A stretch of DNA of 63,980 nt, counting the filler, from a bacterium (lineage in GTDB: Bacteria > UBA9089 > CG2-30-40-21 > SBAY01): the NCBI GenBank assembly GCA_040757115.1. It is 24 parts of 24 records of this genome, joined end to end, with 100 filler letters (N's around TTAATTAATTAA, not from the genome) between each part and the next. Parts side by side here need not be neighbours in the genome. Positions count along the whole stretch, not along the records: positions 5,996 to 29,312 come from JBFLYA010000041.1; 23 more parts are not named here. The stretch is one strand, 5' to 3'. Position 1 is the first letter of the stretch, and each line of letters begins with the position of its first letter. The notes beneath the pieces were generated by a model, which had not been told where the DNA came from, searched no databases, and worked only from the letters and a program-made list of their open reading frames with translations. The position numbers were made by a program, and so were the translations under genes. This document shows, piece after piece, positions 8,819 through 18,581 of this stretch.

Positions 8819-9244
8819 CTATTCCTGCTTATACATATCCGCCATCCATTTACCTTCATGACCTGGGTTAGGGATAACACTTTGAGTTCTGGGGTCAACG
8901 ACAAAATCAATGGCTTCTAAAAATAAATAGCCAATCAATGGTGGTGTAGTATCATCATTTTCCATCACTTCCATAACAAAACTGCGGTCTTTTAATTCAA
9001 TTTCAGCACCTTTAAATATCTTACGATTTGCTGGTCCATTAGCTGTTTTGATAGGGATGATATTATGAAATTGCAAGCCTAACCTTTCAATATCTACTTT
9101 ATTAATAGAGACATAAGTTGCACCTGTATCTACAATCGCCTCAATCTCTATGGTGCGAATCTGACTGCCTGGGATTATATTTTCACTTGCCTTAACTACA
9201 TCCCCATAATTCCTTATTATTATCTTCTCAGTTATTCGTCCCAT
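8819..9244 (-). CDS. Clan AA (retropepsin-like) aspartic protease
   Basis: AIVDTGAT, TANG flap and LIG motifs. Confidence 0.85.
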   Translation of the reverse strand: MGRITEKIIIRNYGDVVKASENIIPGSQIRTIEIEAIVDTGATYVSINKVDIERLGLQFHNIIPIKTANGPANRKIFKGAEIELKDRSFVMEVMENDDTTPPLIGYLFLEAIDFVVDPRTQSVIPNPGHEGKWMADMYKQE

Positions 9245-9430
9245 TCTTCTTTTCCCTTTCTTCTAAAGATGGAAAATAGGACGCAAGATTTTTCTTTGCA
9301 GATGAACAGGATTAAAATTAATTTTTGTTATTTCCTCAGTGTTTCTTAATGTTTTTAGTGCTTTAGTGATTTCTTCTTTAAAATCCTAAAAATCCTGTAA
9401 ATCTGCGTCCTAAAAAAAGTCTGCGGTCTT

Positions 9431-11602
9431 CTACTTTATCACTACCTCAAACCTACATTCTCCAGAACCTGATGGCTGGACAGAACCATTGATTGTAAAG
9501 GTGATAACCTTAGTCGCATCATCATAGGATACTGAGATACTATCTCCACCACCAGCTCCAACTGTCCCTGTCCCACTATTAGCGACATAAGTTGCCCAGG
9601 CAGGAATGACATCCTGTATCTGGACATTAATCGCCTCGGCATTACTCACATTCCTATACTTCAAGGTATAGGTCAAAGTAGCACCGGGTAGTTGAGCATC
9701 TGCTGGTGAAACACATTTTTCTAAGGTGAGATAAGGCACGGGCGCAGAGCAGGTGGTTATAGTTATATCTTCTATTGTTTCCAGGTCACCCCAGGGCACA
9801 GTATCCGTCCCAGAACAGGAGGCAATCACCTTATTAGTTGAGGTAGCACCTATATCTACTAAGGGTATATCTACCTTTAAGAAGAAGTAATTACTTTCTC
9901 CGGCGGCTAAGGTAATACTCCCAATCTGCGTCGTTTCTGTGGCTTGATGGAGTCCATTCTGATTATCATCCATTATCGTCGTTAAAGTCCACACTCCACC
10001 TGCCACATTACTGGCAGATAAAGTGATGGTATCTGTGGCATTGCCACTATTAGTCAGGCGATATGGGTAATAAATAGTCGTAGATGGGCTACCGGATAAG
10101 TCTGCCGGGCTGGTTAATTGGACGCCATAGCCTCTGGCAAAGGTCAGGGTATCATCCAACCGGACATCCGGGTCACCCCAAGCATCCGGGTGTGAAGATT
10201 CTGCCTTTACCCTAATCGTTGTGCTACCTGCAATTGAAACATCTACTTTAAGGAAAAATTTACGACTTTCATTTTGCCTCAAGGTAATTGGGCTTGGCAA
10301 TGTGGTATTTTCGTCATCCTGATGGAAGCCATCCTGATTGGTATCATCGATTAAAGCAACAGACCAGGTCGCTCCTTCAAGCGTAGTTGCAGAAATAGTA
10401 ATTGTATCCGTGCCATTACTTGAGTTACTGAGTTCGTAGTTATAATAAACCGTAGCGGTAGGCATAACCGATTGGTCTTTTGGTAACTCTAAGTAGCCAA
10501 TCCCATAGCCCTGCAGGATAGTCGTGGTAGTAGCCATGCAGGTAACGGTCTTTGTCCCACCCATACCAGAGTATATCAATATAGCATCACCCTTAGCATC
10601 GGCTACATTTAAGGTGCCGGTATCACTGCCATTGATGATATTCGTCTCCACCGGCGCCCCTAAAGTCGCCTCCTCAACGACATTTAGAATATCCCCTGTA
10701 TAATTATCATACCCCCCAATAGCATATATCTTACCATTAAGTGTAACGGCTGCTAATTCCCATCGTGCCGTAGGCATCGGTGCTTTAGTTGTCCAGGTGC
10801 CATTAGGACCGACACTCGGGTCAAATTCCTCAACTACATTTCCCCCAATAGCATAAATCTTACCATTAAGTGTAACGGCTGCTAAAGATGATCGTCCCGT
10901 AGGCATAGGTGCCTTAGTCGTCCATGTGCCATTAGGACCGACACTCGGGTCAAATTCCTCAACTACATTTTCACCTCCATATCCCCCAATAGCATAAATC
11001 TTACCATTAAGTGTAACGGCTGCTAATTCCCATCGTGCCGTAGGCATCGGTGCTTTAGTTGTCCAGGTGCCATTAGGACCGACACTCGGATCAAATTCCT
11101 CAACTACATTTAGTTTACTAGCAAAATTGTCTCCCCCAATAACATAAATCTTACCATTAAGTGCAGCTGCTGCTAACCAAGATCGCGCAGTAGGCATAGA
11201 TGCTTTAGTCGTCCAGATGCCATTAGGGCCTATGGTTGGATCAAATTCCTCAACTGTATTCCCTACTGAATTTAGATAGTTACCCCAAAATCCCCCAATG
11301 GCGTATATCTTTCCATTAAGTGCTACTGTTACTAACCTTGTTCGTGCAGTTGGCATATTTGTTTTCTGAGTCCATGTACCAGTAGGACCAACAGTTGGAT
11401 CAAATTCCGCGACTACATTTTCACCGCCATCTCCCCCAATAGCATAAATCTTACCATTAAGTGTAGAGGCTCCTAAACTACATCGTCCCGTAGGCATCGG
11501 TGCTTTAGTTTTCCATTCTAAGTCAAGTGCGAATGACTGTGTCCCCAATCCTAAATAAAACCCAATCCCGATTAATCCTAAAACTTTTTTCATTTTATTC
11601 AT
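9431..11602 (-). CDS. Secreted Kelch beta-propeller protein with Ig-like modules and C-terminal DUF11
   Basis: Six LNGKIYAIGG...WTTKAPMPT Kelch repeats, two N(S/T)GNxTDT modules and a DUF11 tail. Confidence 0.88.
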   Translation of the reverse strand: MNKMKKVLGLIGIGFYLGLGTQSFALDLEWKTKAPMPTGRCSLGASTLNGKIYAIGGDGGENVVAEFDPTVGPTGTWTQKTNMPTARTRLVTVALNGKIYAIGGFWGNYLNSVGNTVEEFDPTIGPNGIWTTKASMPTARSWLAAAALNGKIYVIGGDNFASKLNVVEEFDPSVGPNGTWTTKAPMPTARWELAAVTLNGKIYAIGGYGGENVVEEFDPSVGPNGTWTTKAPMPTGRSSLAAVTLNGKIYAIGGNVVEEFDPSVGPNGTWTTKAPMPTARWELAAVTLNGKIYAIGGYDNYTGDILNVVEEATLGAPVETNIINGSDTGTLNVADAKGDAILIYSGMGGTKTVTCMATTTTILQGYGIGYLELPKDQSVMPTATVYYNYELSNSSNGTDTITISATTLEGATWSVALIDDTNQDGFHQDDENTTLPSPITLRQNESRKFFLKVDVSIAGSTTIRVKAESSHPDAWGDPDVRLDDTLTFARGYGVQLTSPADLSGSPSTTIYYPYRLTNSGNATDTITLSASNVAGGVWTLTTIMDDNQNGLHQATETTQIGSITLAAGESNYFFLKVDIPLVDIGATSTNKVIASCSGTDTVPWGDLETIEDITITTCSAPVPYLTLEKCVSPADAQLPGATLTYTLKYRNVSNAEAINVQIQDVIPAWATYVANSGTGTVGAGGGDSISVSYDDATKVITFTINGSVQPSGSGECRFEVVIK

Positions 11603-11756
11603 CCTCCTGCTTTTTAATTAGTCCTCTCTTGAGAGGGCTAAAGAGTGTATCCCCTAATTGTTCAACCAAGGATGGTTAAATTACTTGATTAGGTTAATAT
11701 ATCACAATTGTCAAAATTTGTCAAGGAAAATTTTTTGATTTTTTTAAAACTTGGAA

Positions 11757-12130
11757 GGGGAGCGTTGCGTAGGACTTAAAGCTATATCTATGGTCCCAGG
11801 CATTGCTTTATCTCATTTTTTGCCATCTTTTTGTTTCTCTTGACATTTTGAACTACGAAATACGCGAAACACACGAAAGAGTCTGATTGACAAATCTTTC
11901 ATTCTTGAAAACTATCTGTTCTTTTCCCATTTTCGCGTCTTTTGCGTGTTTCGTAGTTTTTTCTCTCCGTGTTAAACTTTAATTATTTTTTTGAAGTTAC
12001 AACTCTATAACACCTCCTCCTCTTGATGTCAACTAAGTAGATTACCTCTTTTTTATCACTTTGGCATCTTTTATCACCTAAAATTCTCCCCAACCCGCAT
12101 CATAACTAAAAGTCATTTGCAACGCTCTCC
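11757..12130. mobile_element. MITE-like element with TSD
   Basis: TIRs GGGGAGCGTTGC / GCAACGCTCTCC, flanked by a TTGGAA duplication (11751-11756, 12131-12136). Confidence 0.7.
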
Positions 12131-12173
12131 TTGGAAATGGATCAATACCGAGAGGTCTCTTTTTAGTCCCTTT

Positions 12174-14714
12174 TTACTTCCATGTAATATTCCTACCACT
12201 TTCTAAAGATAATAACGCTTGACGAATATTATCTCGATTAGGATCTATTTCTAAAATCTTATTAAATATCATAGCAGTATTTTTTATCTCTCCCTTTTTA
12301 TAATATGACTCAGCTAATTTATAATAATTATCCACATTATTAGGTGCTAATTTTATGGCCTTTTTAAATTCCTCAATTGCTTTGCCATATTCCATATTAA
12401 AAAGATAAACGCAGCCTAATTTTGCATACCCAGTGCTATCATTTGGGGCTAATTTAATTAGTTTTTTATAACAAATAATCGCTTTCTGATATTGGTGTAA
12501 TGAAAGATATACCTCTCCAAGATTTAAATATCCAAGTACATCTGAAGGATTTAGATTAATAGATTTTTCAAAATTCTTAATAGATTGTTTCACATTACCT
12601 TTTTTATACCATAAAACTCCTTCATTGGAATATATCTTGGCATAATTATTAAATAATTTTATAGTTCTATTAATGTCAAAAGTTATCCCATCATCAATAA
12701 TCTCATCCTTTGTGCCTCTTATTTTAACTCTTAACTTATTTTTTATAAGATTATCAGATAATATATTTTTGTCTTTTTCATTCTCTACAATCTTCCACAA
12801 AAGACCACGTGGAATTAAGTGATAATCTTTTGCATATTGTTGAATAAAATCCTCCTCAAACAAAATATAGAATGGGACTTTTTTAAAATTATTTTTAACT
12901 ATCTCATCCATTATCAGTTTTTTTAAGTTTTTATTTTTAATCCTTGATTTTAATTCCATAATCCTTTCTTTTAAAAGTTCAAATTTTAATTCAGAATGTT
13001 TTTCCTTCATCTGATTAATATACCAATCATAATGTAAGAAAGTAACATCAATGAATAGTATATTGGGTTTACATTCCTCAACAAATTGGAGATAGAAAAG
13101 TGGGAAACTAGTTATATCTCCTTGAATAAAAGCTACCGTGTTTTCTTCTAATTGGGATATCATATTGTTTCCATAATCATAAGCAAAGTAGTATTGATGC
13201 CGATTAGCATATTGATAATTTGTAGTAAAAGGGAAAATTAAAAGAGCTAAGAATGTAAATGGAATGAAATAATCTATTTTAAAGAATAAGGAGTGAGGGA
13301 TAGGATTAATTTTAAAAGTAGTTAGAGTAATCAATCTAACTATTCCTATAATTCCACAGCCATTAAATATAGCAAAGAGAGCAAAAGTCAAAATATAATA
13401 ATCTTCAATATTATAAATTGAATAACATGTAGCAGAAAGTATGTTCATTAGAATTATTAGTAACAAAAAGATAAAGAGATTTCTATTTATTATAAACAAA
13501 GTTATTGCTCCAATAGGTCCAAGCCAAGTAAGATAAGGAGTAAACTGATGAGTGAAGAATTTACTTATATAAAATTTAAGTTTTTCTATTTGTTCCCTTA
13601 TAGAGGGAGATTTCATATAATCTCTATAATCCCTGGCACTAATATGGTCAATAAACCTTTCTAATGTATCTGGATCATCCCAATTAATTGATGGGTTCAT
13701 AGCAGCTCGAAGAGGAAGGTATAAGTAAAGGAATAACGGTAAGATGAATAATAGTAGCATTATTGAAATTGGCTTTAGAATTAATAATTTCCGAAGAATA
13801 GATTTCCAATAAAAGATATTCTTATGAATAAACTTTCTTTTTGAGGGTAAGTTTTCAGTTTTTTTTACTTTACTTGTTGAATACCTACTTATCCACGCCT
13901 GCCAACTAATAATTAAGATTAAGTAGATAGTAGCTGGCACAAGATAGATAGTCTGAAAGTGGTGAGTAAAAGCAACACCTGCAATGAAAGAAAATAAATA
14001 AAGTAGCCGGGGAGAAGGGGGAAGAGAGAAATTTTGGAGTAGATTATTTTCCCTTTTAACAACCTCTTGCCATTTAATCAGAATAAAGATTAAAATAGTG
14101 GCAAAGAGGATATTAAGGGTATATTTTTCAGCAACTACAGCCTGAATCCAAAAAGTGGTAGCAAAGGCAAGCATAAGTGCAGATAGAGTAGCAGGAATTA
14201 AATGAGGAAGTGAGGAAGTGAAGGAGTGAATAAGTAATTGAATATTATGAGTTTTTTCCTCTCTCCATGTCTTTCTCACTTCATCACTCAAATTTCTTCC
14301 CACTTTTAATGTAATAAAGTAGACCATCATACACGCCAGCGAAGCACATAAGGCAGAAGCAAGATTCATACGATAAGCAATATTTCCAATGGGTAAAGTA
14401 GTTATCCATAGTTTTCCAAGTAAGCAATAAAATGGATAACCCGGAGGATGGGGGATACCTAAAACAAAAGCCGCAGTTACCATCTCTCCAGAATCATGTA
14501 AACCAATAGTAGGGGTTAAGGTATGCAAGTATACCGCCCAGGAGATAAAAAATACCAATATCCCACCACCATAATCTATTGAAGTAAATGCCCTTGGAAC
14601 AATTGGTTCATCTTTTGAAATGAGAAACTTTGGTATTCTAAACTGAACCTTCCACTCCCTCTTTTTCTGCCTTCTATCATCTGAAGTCTGTTTTTTTAAC
14701 TTTTTCTTACCCAT
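12174..14714 (-). CDS. DUF2723 (TMEM260-like GT-C glycosyltransferase) with C-terminal TPRs
   Basis: DSGE..TAA..LGIPHPPGYP and AEKYTLN motifs, many TM helices, TPR tail. Confidence 0.85.
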   Translation of the reverse strand: MGKKKLKKQTSDDRRQKKREWKVQFRIPKFLISKDEPIVPRAFTSIDYGGGILVFFISWAVYLHTLTPTIGLHDSGEMVTAAFVLGIPHPPGYPFYCLLGKLWITTLPIGNIAYRMNLASALCASLACMMVYFITLKVGRNLSDEVRKTWREEKTHNIQLLIHSFTSSLPHLIPATLSALMLAFATTFWIQAVVAEKYTLNILFATILIFILIKWQEVVKRENNLLQNFSLPPSPRLLYLFSFIAGVAFTHHFQTIYLVPATIYLILIISWQAWISRYSTSKVKKTENLPSKRKFIHKNIFYWKSILRKLLILKPISIMLLLFILPLFLYLYLPLRAAMNPSINWDDPDTLERFIDHISARDYRDYMKSPSIREQIEKLKFYISKFFTHQFTPYLTWLGPIGAITLFIINRNLFIFLLLIILMNILSATCYSIYNIEDYYILTFALFAIFNGCGIIGIVRLITLTTFKINPIPHSLFFKIDYFIPFTFLALLIFPFTTNYQYANRHQYYFAYDYGNNMISQLEENTVAFIQGDITSFPLFYLQFVEECKPNILFIDVTFLHYDWYINQMKEKHSELKFELLKERIMELKSRIKNKNLKKLIMDEIVKNNFKKVPFYILFEEDFIQQYAKDYHLIPRGLLWKIVENEKDKNILSDNLIKNKLRVKIRGTKDEIIDDGITFDINRTIKLFNNYAKIYSNEGVLWYKKGNVKQSIKNFEKSINLNPSDVLGYLNLGEVYLSLHQYQKAIICYKKLIKLAPNDSTGYAKLGCVYLFNMEYGKAIEEFKKAIKLAPNNVDNYYKLAESYYKKGEIKNTAMIFNKILEIDPNRDNIRQALLSLESGRNITWK

Positions 14715-14831
14715 TTTACTACATATTATAGGACCCTTCCTTTAGAGATCAACTTAAACATCCCTTGGTTAAATAATTCTTTTGCTTTCTTCTTTGTGCT
14801 GATTTGTTAGCATAAATGTTTCATTTTAAAA

Positions 14832-15578
14832 TTACATAGCATATATCTTACCATTAAGTACTGCTGCTGCTAACCCATTCCGTGCAGTAGGCATAGGTGC
14901 TTTAGTCGACCAGGTGCCATTTGGACCGACACTCGGGTCAAATTCCTCTACTACATTTAATTTCTTACCTTCTTCTCCTTCTTCTCCCCCAATAGCATAA
15001 ATCTTACCATTAAGTGTCGCGGCGGCTAAAGCCTCTCGTCCTGTCGGCATCGGTGCCTTAGTCGTCCAGATGCCATTAGGAGCAACTGTTGGGTCAAATT
15101 CCTCAACTACATTTAGAGCTCCACTTCCTCCAATCGCATAAATCTTACCATTAAGTGCAGCGGCTGCTAAAGATGATCGTCCCGTAGGCATAGGTGCCTT
15201 AGTCGTCCAGGTGCCATTTGGACCGACACCTGGGTCAAATTCCTCAACGACATTTGCACCTTCATATCCCCCAATCGCATAAATCTTACCATTAAGTGTC
15301 ACGGCAGCTAAAATCCATCGTCCTGTCGGCATCGGTGCCTTAGTCGTCCATGTGCCGTTTGGTCCGATACCTGGGTCAAATTCCTCGACTACATTTATAT
15401 TTGAAACTCCAAGTCCCCCAATAGCATATATTTTGCCATTAAGAGCGCCTGCTCCTAAACCATATCGTCCTGTCGGCATCGGTGCCTTAGTTTTCCATTC
15501 AAGGTCAAGAGCTAAAACTTGTGTAGCACATGCTAAATAAATACCAACTCCTATTAATCCTAAAACTTTTTTCATCAT
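14832..15578 (-). CDS. Secreted Kelch repeat protein; truncated paralog of 9431-11602 (possible pseudogene)
   Basis: Same N-terminus and repeats. Stops mid-repeat at KIYAM. Confidence 0.75.
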   Translation of the reverse strand: MMKKVLGLIGVGIYLACATQVLALDLEWKTKAPMPTGRYGLGAGALNGKIYAIGGLGVSNINVVEEFDPGIGPNGTWTTKAPMPTGRWILAAVTLNGKIYAIGGYEGANVVEEFDPGVGPNGTWTTKAPMPTGRSSLAAAALNGKIYAIGGSGALNVVEEFDPTVAPNGIWTTKAPMPTGREALAAATLNGKIYAIGGEEGEEGKKLNVVEEFDPSVGPNGTWSTKAPMPTARNGLAAAVLNGKIYAM

Positions 15579-15736
15579 TTTTCTTTACTCCTTTTTTTTT
15601 ATTTTTTGTAAGCGGATTAAGCGGATTATTTATCTGACAGCATTATGCGAATTGAAAATATCATTTTATCCGCTTTATCCGCTAAATCTGCTTACTAAAG
15701 ATTACTATAATTTTCTTATTTTGTCAACAAAAAATT

Positions 15737-17626
15737 TTAAATTATTTTTTCCTTTGTCTTTATTTCTAATCCCATTTGATACTCACCTTTAATCTTCACC
15801 CAATCTTTACCGTTATTCTCGGAAAAATAGGACCGACCATAAATATGAAAGGTGTCGATAGGAAGAGAGAGAATTGCCCCATTAATCATTTTTAATGTAA
15901 TTATATTTAGTCCCTTTTTTAAAATATAAGAAGCGATTTTAATTTTGAAGCTGTTAATTGTTCCAAATTGATAAAAATTAGCACATGATATGGGAGGAGA
16001 AGATATCCCATTAATATTTATTATAAATCCCCCGATATTTCTTTCAACCATATAAGTCATGACAAAATTAATATCTTCTGCTGATGAAATATCCCTATTA
16101 ATAATCAGTTCTTTTTTTATCATCATAGAATTACCTTCTAAAGTAATTACATTACCTTCCCGCCAACTTTCGTAACCTAAATTACCACAATCTTTAATGA
16201 TTAAACATTCTTCTTTTTCAGTATATACTCCATTGGGATTAGTAAAACAAACACATAATCCATAAATACGCTCTGCATATGTAAGAACAGAACATAGAAA
16301 TAATAGAATTAAGGAAAGAAGGATAGGTTTATAATATTTTAGACGAAACTTTTCATACCAAAAATACAATAGAAATCCAGTAAAAATTGCCATGATAGGT
16401 AATACCGGTGGGCGATATCTTTCTATAACTACAAATAAAATGACAGAAAAACTATAAGCAAATATAAAACCATAAAGCAATAAAGATTTCTTCCAGGATT
16501 TTAAAGAAAAAAATATACCTGTAAGTCCTAATATGAAAAAAATATCGAAACTAATTATTATAGGTAGTCTTAATAAAGAAGAATATATTTTACCTTGTTC
16601 ATAATGTGTTTGATGTGGAACTCCCCATTTACTTACCAATAATAAAAACTTTTTAAGTTGTAATTTTATGAACTTTACAGGCTCTCTTTTTACAAAATCT
16701 AAAACATCTGCTACATAAAGCTCTTTTCCCTCTTTTTTCATCCTTTCCTGCAGGTTATTTAAATAAGGTTGACACAGGTCAAATGAAGCGTTTGCATGCT
16801 CATTATTACCTATCCAAAATTGAAATCCGCCAGCCGTGGTAAGTAAAATAAATTTCCCACCATAAATACAATTCCTAATAGTAACAGGTGAGATAGTAAT
16901 AAAAAAGGCTAATAATACAATCGCATATTTAGTGATGACCTCTTTCTTAGGTATTTTGTAGGTAATAAGCATCCATATCAAGATAAATGGAAGAAAGATA
17001 ATTACATTAGGCTGGGAAAGAGTAGCTAATCCTAAACATACTGCTCCCAAAACAAGATTTTTTGTTATCCCTTCTTCCTTACCTCTGAGAAAGAAAAATA
17101 AAGATGCACAACTAAAAAATGTAGTTAAAGCAGTAGATAAAAGCACCCCTTCATAAAATATCAATGTGCCACATACAGCACAAAGTAATGCCCCGATCAT
17201 ACCAATAGGTTTATTAAAAAGTTGCTTGCCAATAAGATAAGTCAAAAGACAGGTAATAACTCCAAGGATGAATTGAATTACCCTTGGGAAGATTAAGTTA
17301 TAACCAGAGATAAGATAGCATAAGGACAGGAAATAGTAATACAAAGGATTATAACCAAAAGGTGTTTTCGGGAAAGTTCCCTCAAGTATTTCTTTAGCCG
17401 CAGTAACATACATATATGTATCATCACCTGCGTGTGGGGCAAAAAAGTACGGGTCATTATTCTTTAATTGAAAAATATATACCAGTCGTAGAAGAATACC
17501 TACTAAGAGAATACCACCTACCAGAACATATTCCTTTTTAACCAATTTAACTAACTCAAAAGAAATCCCTCTTTTAATATTTTTAGTCTCATTATTTTTT
17601 TTACCCTTCTTTTTCTTCTTAGCCAT
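15737..17626 (-). CDS. GT-C membrane glycosyltransferase (ArnT/PMT_2, GT39-like)
   Basis: DD..Y...A first-loop motif, NPLYYYFL, GNN, ERYR, about 11 TM helices. Confidence 0.8.
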   Translation of the reverse strand: MAKKKKKGKKNNETKNIKRGISFELVKLVKKEYVLVGGILLVGILLRLVYIFQLKNNDPYFFAPHAGDDTYMYVTAAKEILEGTFPKTPFGYNPLYYYFLSLCYLISGYNLIFPRVIQFILGVITCLLTYLIGKQLFNKPIGMIGALLCAVCGTLIFYEGVLLSTALTTFFSCASLFFFLRGKEEGITKNLVLGAVCLGLATLSQPNVIIFLPFILIWMLITYKIPKKEVITKYAIVLLAFFITISPVTIRNCIYGGKFILLTTAGGFQFWIGNNEHANASFDLCQPYLNNLQERMKKEGKELYVADVLDFVKREPVKFIKLQLKKFLLLVSKWGVPHQTHYEQGKIYSSLLRLPIIISFDIFFILGLTGIFFSLKSWKKSLLLYGFIFAYSFSVILFVVIERYRPPVLPIMAIFTGFLLYFWYEKFRLKYYKPILLSLILLFLCSVLTYAERIYGLCVCFTNPNGVYTEKEECLIIKDCGNLGYESWREGNVITLEGNSMMIKKELIINRDISSAEDINFVMTYMVERNIGGFIININGISSPPISCANFYQFGTINSFKIKIASYILKKGLNIITLKMINGAILSLPIDTFHIYGRSYFSENNGKDWVKIKGEYQMGLEIKTKEKII

Positions 17627-17796
17627 TTTTTTGAATTACCTTTGTAACTATTCAGCCACAGATAAACACGGATGAAACACTGAAAATTCGTGACCTGAAA
17701 ATAGTTTTTTCACGCAAAGGACGCAAAGGTAATTTTTACCCTTATTTTCCTTTGCGTTCTTTGCGTGCTTGGCGTGAAACTTCTCCTGAAAATATC

Positions 17797-18418
17797 GGTG
17801 GTGTCTGAAAATAACTCTAATAGTGAAATCTATGCAGATTTGGTGTCCAAAAGGGATTTCATCCAAAAGAGCAAAATGCAAAACTCGTTTATAGTTTATG
17901 GTTTATAGTTTATGGTTTATAGTCCTTCAACTATAACCTATCTACTATCAACTATAAACTATCTTTGCCAAAGTTCAGTAAAATTATCTCTTTCCTTTCA
18001 GCGTTAAAATACTTGTAACTGTTCAGATAGTAATTCACCGCAGAGACGCAGAGAAACAGAAAGGAAAATATCTTTTTTTTCGTGTTTTTCGGTGTTTAAA
18101 AAAGTTTAAAAACAGTTAGGTGAAAGTAAGTATTAAAAGATTAATAAACAACGAAAGACCCGAAATGCACAAAAAAAGGAAATTTCTGTCTCTGGTGAAT
18201 AGATTTTAATTTTTTCTCTGCGTCTCTGTGGCATCTTGCGGTGAACGGTTACAAATACTTGAAGTCCTTTTTGAAATTTGATTTGTAATTTTGCATTTTG
18301 ATATTTATATTTGATATTTAATATCTGATATTTAATATTTATTTGTTGTCTCCCTCAAATCCTATTTTGCAGAACCCTATACACTATTTTAACCTTTATG
18401 CTAGATTAAGACACCACC
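17797..18418. mobile_element. Composite nested MITE: family C ends enclose family B sequence, which encloses a family A element
   Basis: GGTGGTGTCT...AGACACCACC outer ends. B right TIR at 18366-18379. A element at 18015-18252. Confidence 0.8.
18015..18252. mobile_element. MITE family A, complete, with 8-bp TSD
   Basis: TIRs GTAACTGTTCA / TGAACGGTTAC. AAATACTT is duplicated at 18007-18014 and 18253-18260. Confidence 0.88.
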
Positions 18419-18581
18419 AAAAATTCAGGGAGTGAAGTTTTGAGGATGGTTTCCCAAATGTCGCTAATTTCCTGCATAAATAGAGTCTATAGTCTTGTGT
18501 CTGATGTCCAGTGTCTAAATCACACCCCAGATAATTATTGTATTGACTTTGTATACAAAAGTATGTTATACTAAAAACACA

